DNA from: Candidatus Iainarchaeum sp.
GTDB taxonomy: Archaea > Iainarchaeota > Iainarchaeia > Iainarchaeales > 1-14-0-10-31-34
Direction of reading: 5' to 3'
Assembly: GCA_017609625.1 (NCBI GenBank)
Contig: JAFCDN010000004.1
Span: 948-64,947, forward strand
Length of the DNA: 64,000 nucleotides
The position numbers and the translations under genes are program-made. Shown piece by piece: positions 55,102 to 64,000 of this stretch (positions are counted from its first letter, which is position 1; every line of letters starts with the position of its first letter). The notes beneath the pieces were generated by a model that was given only the letters and a program-made list of their open reading frames with translations, did no database searches and had not been told where the DNA came from.

Positions 55102-57048
55102 ATGGAAAAAAATCTTCTGGTTTTATTAAAAGAAAAAAGGGTTTTTGAACCGCCGAAAAAATTGGTGCAGGAAGCTAATGTAACTAAATGGATGAAAAAA
55201 AAGAAAATAAAAAACTATGAAGACTTGCTGAAAAAAGCAAAAGATTCTGAATGGTTTTGGAAAGAAGCAGCAAAAGAAATTGTTTCATGGAAAAAACCTT
55301 ACAAAAAAGTTTTGGAATGGAAAAACCATTATGCAAAATGGTTTGTCGGAGCAAAATACAATATAGTGTTTGATGCTTTAGAAAAACACAAAAACAAGAA
55401 AAAAATAGCTTATATCTGGGAAGGCGAACCAGAAGGAGAAATAAAAAAAATCTCTTATAAAGAATTAAATGTTCAGGTAAATAAATTAGCAAATGCATTG
55501 AAAAAGCTGGGAATAAAAAAAGGCGACAGGATTGGAATTTATTTGCCGATGATTCCGGAACTGCCTGTTGCAATGCTTGCATGCGCAAAGCTTGGCGCAG
55601 TGCATTCAGTTGTTTTTTCCGGCTTTAGCGCAAATGCTTTTGAGGAAAGGATTAACGACGAGCAGGCAAATCTGGTCATAACCTGTGACAGTTTTTACAG
55701 AAAAGGAAAAACAATTCCACTAAAAAAGCAGACAGATGAAGCTTTGCTTGAAGCTCCAAGCGTGAAAAATTGTATTGTAATTAAAAGAACAGGGGAAGAA
55801 GTTCCTTGGAATAAAAAAATGGATTTATGGTGGCATGAAATAACAGAAAAAGAATCTTCAAACTGTAAAACAGAAATTTTGGATGCAAATGATCCGCTTT
55901 TTATTTTATACACTTCAGGCACTACCGGAAAACCTAAAGGAATAATTCATGCTCACGGAGGATATGCAGTTGGAACAGGAATAACATTAAAATGGGTTTT
56001 TGATTTAAAAGAAAAAGATATATGGTGGTGTGCTGCAGATGTTGGATGGATTACAGGGCACAGCTATATTGTATATGCTCCGCTTATTTTAGGAGCGACT
56101 TCAGTGATGTATGAAGGCGCACCAAATTTTCCAGAACCAGACAGATGGTGGGAAATAGTTGACAGACACAAAGTAAGCGTACTTTATACCTCGCCAACAG
56201 CAATCAGAATGTTTATGCATTTTGGAGATGAATGGCTGGAAAAACATTCACTGAAATCTTTGAGGTTGCTTGGTTCTGTTGGAGAGCCAATTAATCCTGA
56301 AGCATGGATTTGGTATCACGAAAAAATAGGAAAAGGAAAATGCCCTATAATGGATACCTGGTGGCAGACTGAAACAGGAAGCCATTGCATTACCCCATTG
56401 CCAATAACTCCATTAAAACCTGGTTCTGCAACAAAACCTTTTCCTGGAATTCAGGCAGATGTGTATGACAAAAAAGGAAAGCCAATAACAAATGCAGGCG
56501 GAGAATTAGTTTTGTTAAATCCCTGGCCTGGAATGCTACAAGGCATTTACAAAAATCCAGAAAAATATCAGAAAACTTACTGGGAAATGTATCCAGAAGT
56601 TTATTTAGCAGGAGATGTTGCAAGAAAAGATAAAGACGGCTATTTTTGGGTGCAGGGAAGAGATTCAGATGTATTAAAGGTTGCCGGCCATAGAATTGGA
56701 AACTCTGAAATTGAATCTGCTTTGGTTTCTCATGCTTGTGTTGCAGAAGCAGCTGTAATTGGAAAACCAGATGAAATTAAAGGAGAAAAGATTGCCGCAT
56801 ATGTAATTCTGAGAAAAGGAACTGAAGTTTCAGATGAGCTGAAAAAAGAATTAGCAAAACATGTTGGAAAAGAAATCGGAAAACTTGCAAGGCCAAGCGA
56901 AATCTGGTTTGTGGATGATCTGCCAAAAACCCGAAGCGGAAAAATAATGAGAAGAATAATCAAAGCAAAAGTTTTAGGGCAGGATACAGGAAATATCTCT
57001 ACTTTAAGCAATCCAGAAGCTGTGGAAGAATTATTAGATGCAAAATAG
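55102..57048 (+). CDS. acs: Acetyl-CoA synthetase (AMP-forming)
   Basis: LYTSGTTGKPKG, DVGWITGHSY, DTWWQTETG, PKTRSGKIMRR. Confidence 0.96.
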   Translation: MEKNLLVLLKEKRVFEPPKKLVQEANVTKWMKKKKIKNYEDLLKKAKDSEWFWKEAAKEIVSWKKPYKKVLEWKNHYAKWFVGAKYNIVFDALEKHKNKKKIAYIWEGEPEGEIKKISYKELNVQVNKLANALKKLGIKKGDRIGIYLPMIPELPVAMLACAKLGAVHSVVFSGFSANAFEERINDEQANLVITCDSFYRKGKTIPLKKQTDEALLEAPSVKNCIVIKRTGEEVPWNKKMDLWWHEITEKESSNCKTEILDANDPLFILYTSGTTGKPKGIIHAHGGYAVGTGITLKWVFDLKEKDIWWCAADVGWITGHSYIVYAPLILGATSVMYEGAPNFPEPDRWWEIVDRHKVSVLYTSPTAIRMFMHFGDEWLEKHSLKSLRLLGSVGEPINPEAWIWYHEKIGKGKCPIMDTWWQTETGSHCITPLPITPLKPGSATKPFPGIQADVYDKKGKPITNAGGELVLLNPWPGMLQGIYKNPEKYQKTYWEMYPEVYLAGDVARKDKDGYFWVQGRDSDVLKVAGHRIGNSEIESALVSHACVAEAAVIGKPDEIKGEKIAAYVILRKGTEVSDELKKELAKHVGKEIGKLARPSEIWFVDDLPKTRSGKIMRRIIKAKVLGQDTGNISTLSNPEAVEELLDAK

Positions 57049-57054
57049 TTAGTT

Positions 57055-58281
57055 TTACTTTTCTTCTTTTTTTTCTAGAAAGGCTATAGCTTTATCCACA
57101 TCCTCTTCTGCAAGGAGTTCAAAAAACCTTCTGACATCAAAAGCAGAATCAAAAGCAGTTTCAGAAAGGTTTTTTACTAAAAGCTCAATTCCCAAAGCAG
57201 AAACTGATTTTTTTGTTTTATGCAGTTCACGCAGTTCCTGAATTTTTTTCTTGAAAGAATCAGAAGAAAAATCTTTTTGAATGGAAAAAATTGCTTTTCC
57301 TTCAAATTCCTGCAGAACTTTCTGTAAATCAACATCTGCTTGGGTTAAGCCTTTAGCCAAAGTACCTTTTAATCTTATTCTAATTAAAGGAATCAAATCA
57401 GAAGAGTTTTCTGAAAGAAAAGACTGGATTTTTTCTCTGAATTTTGAAAGGATTTCATCAGGAAAAGCTTCATTAAAAGAAATTTTTTCATAAAACAGTT
57501 TTCTTTGCTTTGAAAGAGGCAGAAAAGCGGTCAGCATTGTTAAAGAGTTAATTAAAACAATGCCTTTTTGTTTTTCTGATTCAAATTTTTTCATCTGGGT
57601 TACAATAGTAGAGCCAGGCATTAACAATCTTCCTCCCTCAAAGAGTTTTTCTGCAAACCAATGCAAATGACCATTAATAACTAAATCAAAATCTTTTGGA
57701 AGGTTAGACATTGAAATAGTTACAGCCATTTCATCATCTGTCGGAAGGAATTCTTTAATGGATTGATGCATTAAAAAAATATTTTTTGTATCAGGAAGAG
57801 GTTGGGGGTTATAAACTTTCAAAACATCTAATGCTTTTTGTTCCGGCACTCCACCAAAACCGTGAATTGCAACTTTTTCTGAATCTTTTTCTGCAATCAA
57901 ATAATTTGCGTGAATATAAAAAAGAAATCCTGCACTCTGCAATACTTCCAAAGGATTTCGAAAATCTTTGGTGCGGATTTCATGTGTGCCATGGATTGCA
58001 ATAACTGGAATTCCGTCAAAATCCAGTTCTCTTCCTTCCTGTAAAATTTTTATTTCAGGTTTTTTTGCTTTTCTGGAAAGATTAAATAAATAAAATACTT
58101 TGCTCCAGGTTTCCAGAGAAGGAATCTTTGAATCAAAAACATCTCCAGGCAGTAAAATCAAATCTGCATTGTTTTCTATTGCCAAAGAAAAAGCTTCTAA
58201 TGCATTATTTAATGCTTCATCTTTTCTGGCATTTTTCTCTGAAAAACCCAAATGAGTGTCAGAGATTACAGCTATCTTCAT
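57055..58281 (-). CDS. mre11: Mre11/SbcD-family DNA repair nuclease
   Basis: ISDTHLG, PGDVFD, IHGTHE, MHQ, NGHLH, PGS. Confidence 0.88.
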   Translation of the reverse strand: MKIAVISDTHLGFSEKNARKDEALNNALEAFSLAIENNADLILLPGDVFDSKIPSLETWSKVFYLFNLSRKAKKPEIKILQEGRELDFDGIPVIAIHGTHEIRTKDFRNPLEVLQSAGFLFYIHANYLIAEKDSEKVAIHGFGGVPEQKALDVLKVYNPQPLPDTKNIFLMHQSIKEFLPTDDEMAVTISMSNLPKDFDLVINGHLHWFAEKLFEGGRLLMPGSTIVTQMKKFESEKQKGIVLINSLTMLTAFLPLSKQRKLFYEKISFNEAFPDEILSKFREKIQSFLSENSSDLIPLIRIRLKGTLAKGLTQADVDLQKVLQEFEGKAIFSIQKDFSSDSFKKKIQELRELHKTKKSVSALGIELLVKNLSETAFDSAFDVRRFFELLAEEDVDKAIAFLEKKEEK

Positions 58282-59171
58282 TTTTCCACCAGCTCAAGAG
58301 TTTCTTTAAAAAGTTCTTTTGGATAAAAAGTTAAAGGAGAAAAAACAACAAACGATGTTTGATTCTGCAGTTCCTGAATTTTTTTTAATGAATCTTCTTC
58401 TTTTGCTGTGCTTAAAACTAAAGCAGAAAGAAAATCCTTTTCTTTTTTCAGTTCAGAAAAAAGAACTGGTCTGAATTCTTGAAAAGAATTCCACGGAGAA
58501 AGTAGTTCAAGATTTTTTTCTATTTTCTGGTTTGTTTTCTGGATTACAGGAAAAATATTACAGCCTCTTTTCAGCATTAAAAAACCTGAAACAAGCTCTT
58601 CTTTTTTTCCTTCCATCAATAAACCGACTTTTCCTTCTACCCCAACCGGAAGGCCTTTAACTCCTGAAATTTTTTCTGAATACAAAAAGACTTTTTTTCC
58701 TATAATGTCAGCAAAGATTTCTTTTTTTGGAGAAGAAAGGTTTACACTCAAAGATTCTATTGAATCCATTATTTTTTGGCCGCATTGAATTGCAACATCC
58801 TGTGAAGAAAAAGAGTGTTTTCCGTTTCTGGAAATGCGCAGAGCAAAAGAATCGTTTTTTGAAAGGGTTTTCTCTGCAAATTTCAGGAACAGGTTCTGCA
58901 AATCCAAAAGAGAAGAAAAAGAATGCTGTTCTGCTAAAGAAAAAGCATGGATTCCAAAAAATTTTTTCATCAAAAAAACTGCTTTTTTGCTGTCATCCGT
59001 TGAAAGTATTAATATGCCTGAAAACTTGCCTAAAACTTTTACATCTATTTTATTTTTTTTGAAACTGTTCTTTAGATTTGAAATAAGTTTTTTCAGGAAA
59101 AACTGTTTAACAAAATAGGTTTTTAAGTGAACCTCAGAAGCAGTTCTTAAAACAAAAACAGTTTTATCCAT
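58278..59171 (-). CDS. THUMP-domain ThiI-like protein with degenerate PP-loop
   Basis: SFALRISRNGKHSFSS, VNLSSP, GVKGLPVGVEGKV; SGGIDS replaced by MEGKKE. Confidence 0.75.
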   Translation of the reverse strand: MDKTVFVLRTASEVHLKTYFVKQFFLKKLISNLKNSFKKNKIDVKVLGKFSGILILSTDDSKKAVFLMKKFFGIHAFSLAEQHSFSSLLDLQNLFLKFAEKTLSKNDSFALRISRNGKHSFSSQDVAIQCGQKIMDSIESLSVNLSSPKKEIFADIIGKKVFLYSEKISGVKGLPVGVEGKVGLLMEGKKEELVSGFLMLKRGCNIFPVIQKTNQKIEKNLELLSPWNSFQEFRPVLFSELKKEKDFLSALVLSTAKEEDSLKKIQELQNQTSFVVFSPLTFYPKELFKETLELVEK

Positions 59172-59243
59172 AAAAGAAAATAAAAGAGAAAAAGTTAAAA
59201 CACTAAATTAACTTATACATAATATATGTGCTTGATTCAAAAT

Positions 59244-59405
59244 TTAACTGTATTTTGATGCACTATATCCTAGTGCGCCAATTCCAAACCACATTATTGC
59301 CAAAGCTCCCCAATTTGCAGCATAAGGACTCCAGGCCCATGCTACGCCTATTGCAAAAAGGATTAAGCCAAAAACAATGCTTCCTTTTTTTATAAATTCA
59401 CTCAT
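59244..59405 (-). CDS. Small 2-TM membrane protein (53 aa); not in ORF track
   Basis: MSEFIKKGSIVFGLILFAIGVAWAWSPYAANWGALAIMWFGIGALGYSASKYS; GGAGGG SD upstream. Confidence 0.6.
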   Translation of the reverse strand: MSEFIKKGSIVFGLILFAIGVAWAWSPYAANWGALAIMWFGIGALGYSASKYS

Positions 59406-59469
59406 CAAATCCCTCCGAAAATCAAAACAATGATATAAATAATAGTCTTTAATTAATAAACTTTGCGTT

Positions 59470-60096
59470 TTAAGCCTGAGTTTTTGCTGTTTTTGTTTGT
59501 TTTTCGAACTGTAAGAAAAGGTTTTGTATTAATTCAGTGAATTCTGCTTTTTCTTCTTCTTCTGACACTCTGAATTGAATAGATTTTGTTGCAGGCTTTT
59601 CTGGACCTAAAGCATCACAGGTTTCCGGACCGACAGAAAACTCATAAAAACCGAGTTTTTTTGATAAATCAATTATTTCCTGTTTATCAAAACAAAGTAA
59701 AGGCCTTAAAACTGGTTTTTTTATTCCAAAAGAGATTGAAACAAGGTTTGAAAGAGTCTGGGAAGACACTTGCCCAATATTTTCTCCTGTAACAATAAAA
59801 TCAAACTTTCTTTTTTCACAGATTTTTTCTGCAACCTTTAACATTAAGCGTTTCATTAAAACAAAATAAAACTTTCTTTTGGTTTTCTGCACGATTTTTT
59901 CCAATGCATCAGAGTAATCCAAAACAAATAGTTCTGAATTCAGTTTTTCTGCTGCTTTCTTTGATTTTTCTATTGACTGGGCCCCAGTAATCTTTGTAGA
60001 AGAAAAATGCAGGCAATACAATTCATTTTTTTCTTTTGCCAGAAAGCCTGCAACTGGGCTGTCAATTCCTCCGCTTAAAAGAAGCAATGCTTTCAT
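59470..60096 (-). CDS. thiI: ThiI catalytic PP-loop domain lacking THUMP (tRNA 4-thiouridine synthase-like)
   Basis: LLSGGIDSPVA, TGENIGQVSSQTLSNL, LRPL...DKQEII, Cys in ETCD...KPAT. Confidence 0.8.
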   Translation of the reverse strand: MKALLLLSGGIDSPVAGFLAKEKNELYCLHFSSTKITGAQSIEKSKKAAEKLNSELFVLDYSDALEKIVQKTKRKFYFVLMKRLMLKVAEKICEKRKFDFIVTGENIGQVSSQTLSNLVSISFGIKKPVLRPLLCFDKQEIIDLSKKLGFYEFSVGPETCDALGPEKPATKSIQFRVSEEEEKAEFTELIQNLFLQFEKQTKTAKTQA

Positions 60097-60149
60097 AAAA
60101 AGATTTTGATTAGATTGAATTAAAAAACCAACGAAAGAAAAAAATATTA

Positions 60150-61322
60150 ATGGAAGAAATTTTTGATGTAATTATAGTTGGCGCAGGACCTGCAGGATGT
60201 TCTGCTGCATTAGAAACAAGGAAAAGAAAACTAAAAACACTTGTTTTAGAAGAAAACTCTGTAATTGGAGAGCCTGTTCATTGTGGGGAATGCTTATCTG
60301 AATTAGCAGTGAAAAGACTTGGATTAAAGATTCCGGAAAAAGTTGTTTCAGTTAAAGTAAAGGGGGTCAGAGTGATTTTTCCAAACAGAAAAAGCGCTTA
60401 CATAAAAGAACCAGGATTTGTGCTGGAAAAAGAAAAATTTGAGCAATGGTTAGGAGAAGAAGCAGAAAAAAATGGAGCAAAAATTCTTTTGAATGAAAAA
60501 GCAACAGAAATAAAAAAAGAAAAAAACTGGAAAATTAAAACTGCAGGCGGAAAAGAATTTACAGGGAAAATTCTGATTGATGCTTCAGGAACAGCTTATT
60601 TGCTTTCAAAAAAACTGAACTTAAACCAGAAATTTGAAACAGTTATTGGAATACAGCACAGAATGAAAGAAATTCCTAATAGCGGTTTTTTGGATTTTTA
60701 TTTATGGCCTGAACTTGCGCCAAAAGGGTATTTGTGGAGCATTCCAAAAGCAGGCAAAAGATCCAACGTTGGCTTGGTTACAAACCAAAAAACAAAAGCA
60801 AATGATTTTTTAAAAGAATTTTTGAAAAAAGAAAAATGGGAAAACAAAAAAACAGAAAAAACTTTTGGGGGATTAGTTTCCAGTTCAGGGCCTTTGAAAA
60901 AAACTTTTGATGATGGAATTATGTTAATTGGAGATGCAGCAGGGTTTACTTCTCCTTTATTTGAAGGAGGAACTTCTTTAGCAATGGCTTCAGGAAAATT
61001 TGCCGCTGAAGTTGCGGCAAAAGCAGTGGAAAAAAAAGATTACTCTAAAGAGGTTTTAAAAGAATACAAAAGTTTGTGGAAAAAAGAGTTTCCTGATTAC
61101 AATAAAATAATAAAAGGAAAAAAAGCGCTTTATAATCTGACAGAAGATGAACTGAATTTTTTTGCTAGCATTATTCCAGAAGATTTAGGAAACATAACCT
61201 TGCTTGAGAGAATAAAAATCGGTTTTAAAATCTGGTTTACCAAGCCTCAGTTAATATGGAAAGGAGTCACTTCTGTTGCAAAAGGGTTTAGCTACAGCAA
61301 GGCGAAAAATTATGGATGGTAA
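60150..61322 (+). CDS. Geranylgeranyl reductase family flavoprotein (DGGGPL reductase-like)
   Basis: VGAGPAG, PVHCGE, APKGYLWSIP, IGDAAG...PLFEGG. Confidence 0.85.
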   Translation: MEEIFDVIIVGAGPAGCSAALETRKRKLKTLVLEENSVIGEPVHCGECLSELAVKRLGLKIPEKVVSVKVKGVRVIFPNRKSAYIKEPGFVLEKEKFEQWLGEEAEKNGAKILLNEKATEIKKEKNWKIKTAGGKEFTGKILIDASGTAYLLSKKLNLNQKFETVIGIQHRMKEIPNSGFLDFYLWPELAPKGYLWSIPKAGKRSNVGLVTNQKTKANDFLKEFLKKEKWENKKTEKTFGGLVSSSGPLKKTFDDGIMLIGDAAGFTSPLFEGGTSLAMASGKFAAEVAAKAVEKKDYSKEVLKEYKSLWKKEFPDYNKIIKGKKALYNLTEDELNFFASIIPEDLGNITLLERIKIGFKIWFTKPQLIWKGVTSVAKGFSYSKAKNYGW

Positions 61323-61992
61323 AGTAAAAGAAATTCTGAAAGAATTAAAAAGCAATGGAAAAAAAAAGAATAGAGAAGGAATGGCAAAGTTTGGGATTAA
61401 CACTTCAACTGCTTTTGGCGTTAATGTCTATATTGTAAGGGATTTAGCAAAAAAATACCGAAAAAACCATTCTCTTGCTTTGGATTTATGGAAAACTAAT
61501 ATACATGAAGCAAGAATGCTTGCGTGCTTTATTGATGATTCTGAAAAAGTTTCAGAAAAGCAGATGGAATCTTGGGTTAAAGATTTTAATTCCTGGGATT
61601 TATGCGATCAAACCTGTTCAAATTTGTTTGATAAAACTCCTTTTGCCTGGAAAAAAGCAGTTAAATGGTGTGCAAGAAAAGAAGAGTTTGTTAAAAGATC
61701 AGGATTTGTTTTAATGTGTGCTTTGGCAGTGCATGACAAAAAAGCAAAAGATAAGGAATTTGAAAAGTTTTTTCCGCTCATAAAAAAGCATTCAGTGGAT
61801 GAAAGAAATTTTGTTAAAAAAGCAGTTAACTGGAGTTTAAGGCAGATTGGAAAAAGAAACAAAAAACTAAACAAAAAAGCAATTAGAATCGGAAAAGAAA
61901 TCAGAAAAATTGAATCAAACTCTGCTAAATGGATTGCTGGAGATGCTTTAAGAGAACTGGAAAGCGAAAAGATTCAGGAAAGATTGAAGTGA
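61312..61992 (+). CDS. DNA alkylation repair protein (AlkD-like HEAT repeat)
   Basis: HEARMLA, SWDLCD, DERNFVKKAVNWSLRQIGK. Confidence 0.88.
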   Translation: MDGKVKEILKELKSNGKKKNREGMAKFGINTSTAFGVNVYIVRDLAKKYRKNHSLALDLWKTNIHEARMLACFIDDSEKVSEKQMESWVKDFNSWDLCDQTCSNLFDKTPFAWKKAVKWCARKEEFVKRSGFVLMCALAVHDKKAKDKEFEKFFPLIKKHSVDERNFVKKAVNWSLRQIGKRNKKLNKKAIRIGKEIRKIESNSAKWIAGDALRELESEKIQERLK

Positions 61993-61996
61993 AAAG

Positions 61997-62368
61997 ATGT
62001 TTGTGAAAAGGTTTGAAAATCTGGAGGAGTTTGTTTCAGGAGACAATTGCGTGCTGAGAGAGTATTTTAATCCATTAAAAGAAAAAATGGAACTGAATTA
62101 CAGCTTGGCTCATGCAGTGGTTAAATCAGGGGAAACCACTTTTAAGCATAAACTGAAAAGCTCTGAAGTCTATTTTATTTTAAAAGGAAAAGGAACAATG
62201 CACATTGATGAAGAAGAAAAATAAGTGCAGGAAAATGATGTAGTTTATATTCCTCCAAATTCTATTCAGAGCATAAAAAATTCTGGAGAAGAGGATTTGG
62301 TTTTTTTGTGTATTGTAGAGCCTACATGGAAGCCAGAAGACGAAGAAATCCAAAAAGAAAAAGATTAA
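61997..62368 (+). pseudogene. Cupin domain protein interrupted by in-frame TAA at 62222-62224
   Basis: SLAHAVV...HKLKSSEVYFILKGKG ... EEK*VQENDVVYIPPNSIQSIKNSGEEDLVFLCIVEP. Confidence 0.8.
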
Positions 62369-62395
62369 ATATCTGCTTCTACTTTTCTATTTAAT

Positions 62396-63109
62396 ATGGG
62401 AAAAGTTTTAAACAAAGAAAGAGTGAGAAGCCTGAACTATTTCAGAGGAAGAATGAAAAAAGCAGTTCAGGAAATGATTAAAATAGAAAAAAATCCTACT
62501 CTAAAAGCTGCTTATGAAAGAGCGTTAACTAATTTAGAGACTGTTCCAATAAAATTTTATCCAAAAGACACGCTTATGAGGGCTGTATTCAAAATAGGAA
62601 AGCATTTTGTTGCTTCAGAAGTTTTAGGACAGCATGAACAAAAAATCAGAATAAAAAGAGAAGGCGGAATTATTAAAGTTGTTCCAGATGGAAGGTTAAT
62701 TGAACTGCCTGCAGACCACTTTTTTCATGGAGACAAATTAAACTGGAAAGGAGTTCATACTTTAATGCATGAAATCTGCCATGACCCGACAAGAAATGTT
62801 TTTGATTTTTCAAGGGAAGCACAGTTAACCCCAAATCAGACAGAAGAATTGATTGCAGATCTGATGAGTGCAAAGATTGCAATAAAAATGGGGTTCAAAA
62901 GAGAAAGCGTTTTAGGGTTATATCATGGAAGAGAAGCAATTTATGGAAGATTTCCCTTTAGAGAATATTTAGAAAGAGCAACTGAATCAAAAACAAAAAG
63001 AGTTTTAAGGAAAACAAAAGAACTGCCAAAAAAGTGGAAAGAACGAAAAAGAAAAAAGGAAAGAAAGCCCAGCGCTATTTACAACAGGCCTAGAGTTAGA
63101 TTTGCGTAA
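62396..63109 (+). CDS. Hypothetical basic protein with HExxH zinc-metallopeptidase-like motif
   Basis: TLMHEICH followed by EELIAD. Confidence 0.6.
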   Translation: MGKVLNKERVRSLNYFRGRMKKAVQEMIKIEKNPTLKAAYERALTNLETVPIKFYPKDTLMRAVFKIGKHFVASEVLGQHEQKIRIKREGGIIKVVPDGRLIELPADHFFHGDKLNWKGVHTLMHEICHDPTRNVFDFSREAQLTPNQTEELIADLMSAKIAIKMGFKRESVLGLYHGREAIYGRFPFREYLERATESKTKRVLRKTKELPKKWKERKRKKERKPSAIYNRPRVRFA

Positions 63110-63112
63110 TTA

Positions 63113-63397
63113 TTATTCTTTAGAACACAAAGATTCTTCGCAGATTGCATCACAGTCTACATCCACGCAATTTGGCGCTCTTCCTTTAACCTCTCCAGCA
63201 GAACCGCAAGAACAGGTAAAAGAATAGTCTGTTCCGTTAAACTGGCAAAGTTTTGTTGCAGACTTGAAAAGGCATTTTTTGTTTAAGTCAATTGCCCTTC
63301 CAGCAGCATCATTTTCTAAAGGTTGGAGCACAACCATTGCAACAACTATAATAAAAGGAATAATAAAATAAATCAAATGTTTTCTGTTAAACTCCAT
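63113..63397 (-). CDS. Small single-TM Cys-rich protein
   Basis: TM helix then 8 Cys in ~55 aa. Confidence 0.6.
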   Translation of the reverse strand: MEFNRKHLIYFIIPFIIVVAMVVLQPLENDAAGRAIDLNKKCLFKSATKLCQFNGTDYSFTCSCGSAGEVKGRAPNCVDVDCDAICEESLCSKE

Positions 63398-63529
63398 TTT
63401 ATCACTTTTCTCATCTATTTATGTACTTCTTTATATTTAAAAGTTTGCAAGCTGAGAGAGGGAAGAGAAGTTCAAGTTAGAAGCTGTCGTAGTAATTGAA
63501 AGAAAGCTTAATGTTAAAAGAATGAATAA

Positions 63530-63784
63530 TTATTTATTTTTTCTTTTTAAGAGCATAAGCAAATCTTCTTTAGTTAATCCACAATCATTTAATATTCCTT
63601 TAAGAGTTCCAATAGGAAGCGATTCATTAGTGTGATAAGGGACAGTAGTATGCCTAAATTCCCCCTGATAAATTCCTTTCAATTGAATGTGACTTCCTTT
63701 TTGTCGAACAGGAAAAATTTCAATCGTTGATAAAGCCTTAATTAAATCTTTTGCTTTAACTACAGGCAATTTTTTACTGGCCAT
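63530..63784 (-). CDS. hicA: HicA-family mRNase toxin
   Basis: VRQKGSHIQL...TTVPYH...LPIGTLKGIL. Confidence 0.9.
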   Translation of the reverse strand: MASKKLPVVKAKDLIKALSTIEIFPVRQKGSHIQLKGIYQGEFRHTTVPYHTNESLPIGTLKGILNDCGLTKEDLLMLLKRKNK

Positions 63785-63802
63785 AAATAAAAAATAAGAG
63801 TA

Positions 63803-64000
63803 CTACACACAAGATACTTTTTGAGGAATTTGATTAGAAAAACATTGGTCAATAACAAGTGTGGGGTATTTTTGAACAGTCTGATTTTGTTCATGTATTT
63901 CTTCAGTCACCAACAATAAAGCTTCTTGAAAATTTTTTAATGCATCTTCCAAATTTTTTCCATAAGTGTTTATGTGGTATTCATCATTTCTAACCAAAAC
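63803..64000 (-). CDS. hicB: HicB-family antitoxin (5' end probably outside window)
   Basis: INTYGKNLEDALKNFQEALLL; adjacent to hicA. Confidence 0.8.
   Translation of the reverse strand, partial: VLVRNDEYHINTYGKNLEDALKNFQEALLLVTEEIHEQNQTVQKYPTLVIDQCFSNQIPQKVSCV

Noticed and set aside
425-62882. Numerous Phe/Ser/Leu-rich antisense ORFs in the track (e.g. 425-814, 14251-15576, 40352-40714)
   Set aside because: Shadow frames of Lys/Glu-rich, A-rich genes on the opposite strand.

Overview
AT-rich archaeal chromosome segment, most consistent with a DPANN-type archaeon (Iainarchaeota/Diapherotrites-like; taxonomy is inference). Core blocks: the conserved rpl15e-RNase P-proteasome-SBDS-exosome-rpl37ae-rpoP-pcc1-prefoldin superoperon; tRNA-Val(GAC); a two-intron tRNA-Ala(GGC); Sm/MinD/NYN/aIF5A; a bacterial-type MetRS; class III RNR; MCM; aIF2b/aIF1A/RIO1/Dim2/Topo VI; acetate activation; Mre11; ThiI; geranylgeranyl reductase; HicAB. 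Three LAGLIDADG inteins sit in NrdD, MCM and Top6B. Most unusual: (1) a ~10 kb operon with five tandem, translationally coupled phospho-His swivel-domain proteins plus one stand-alone ATP-grasp (PPDK_N) subunit, two paralogous membrane proteins, an HTH-10 regulator with palindromic sites and a convergent membrane HAD phosphatase, read as a split one-kinase/many-specificity-subunit dikinase system; (2) a family of ~28-bp palindromic elements that nest in each other and sit in-frame inside essential genes; (3) an NrdD whose glycyl-radical tail is a separate 56-aa ORF; (4) a ThiI split into THUMP/pseudo-enzyme and catalytic halves. All assignments come from motif recognition by eye; no searches were run.
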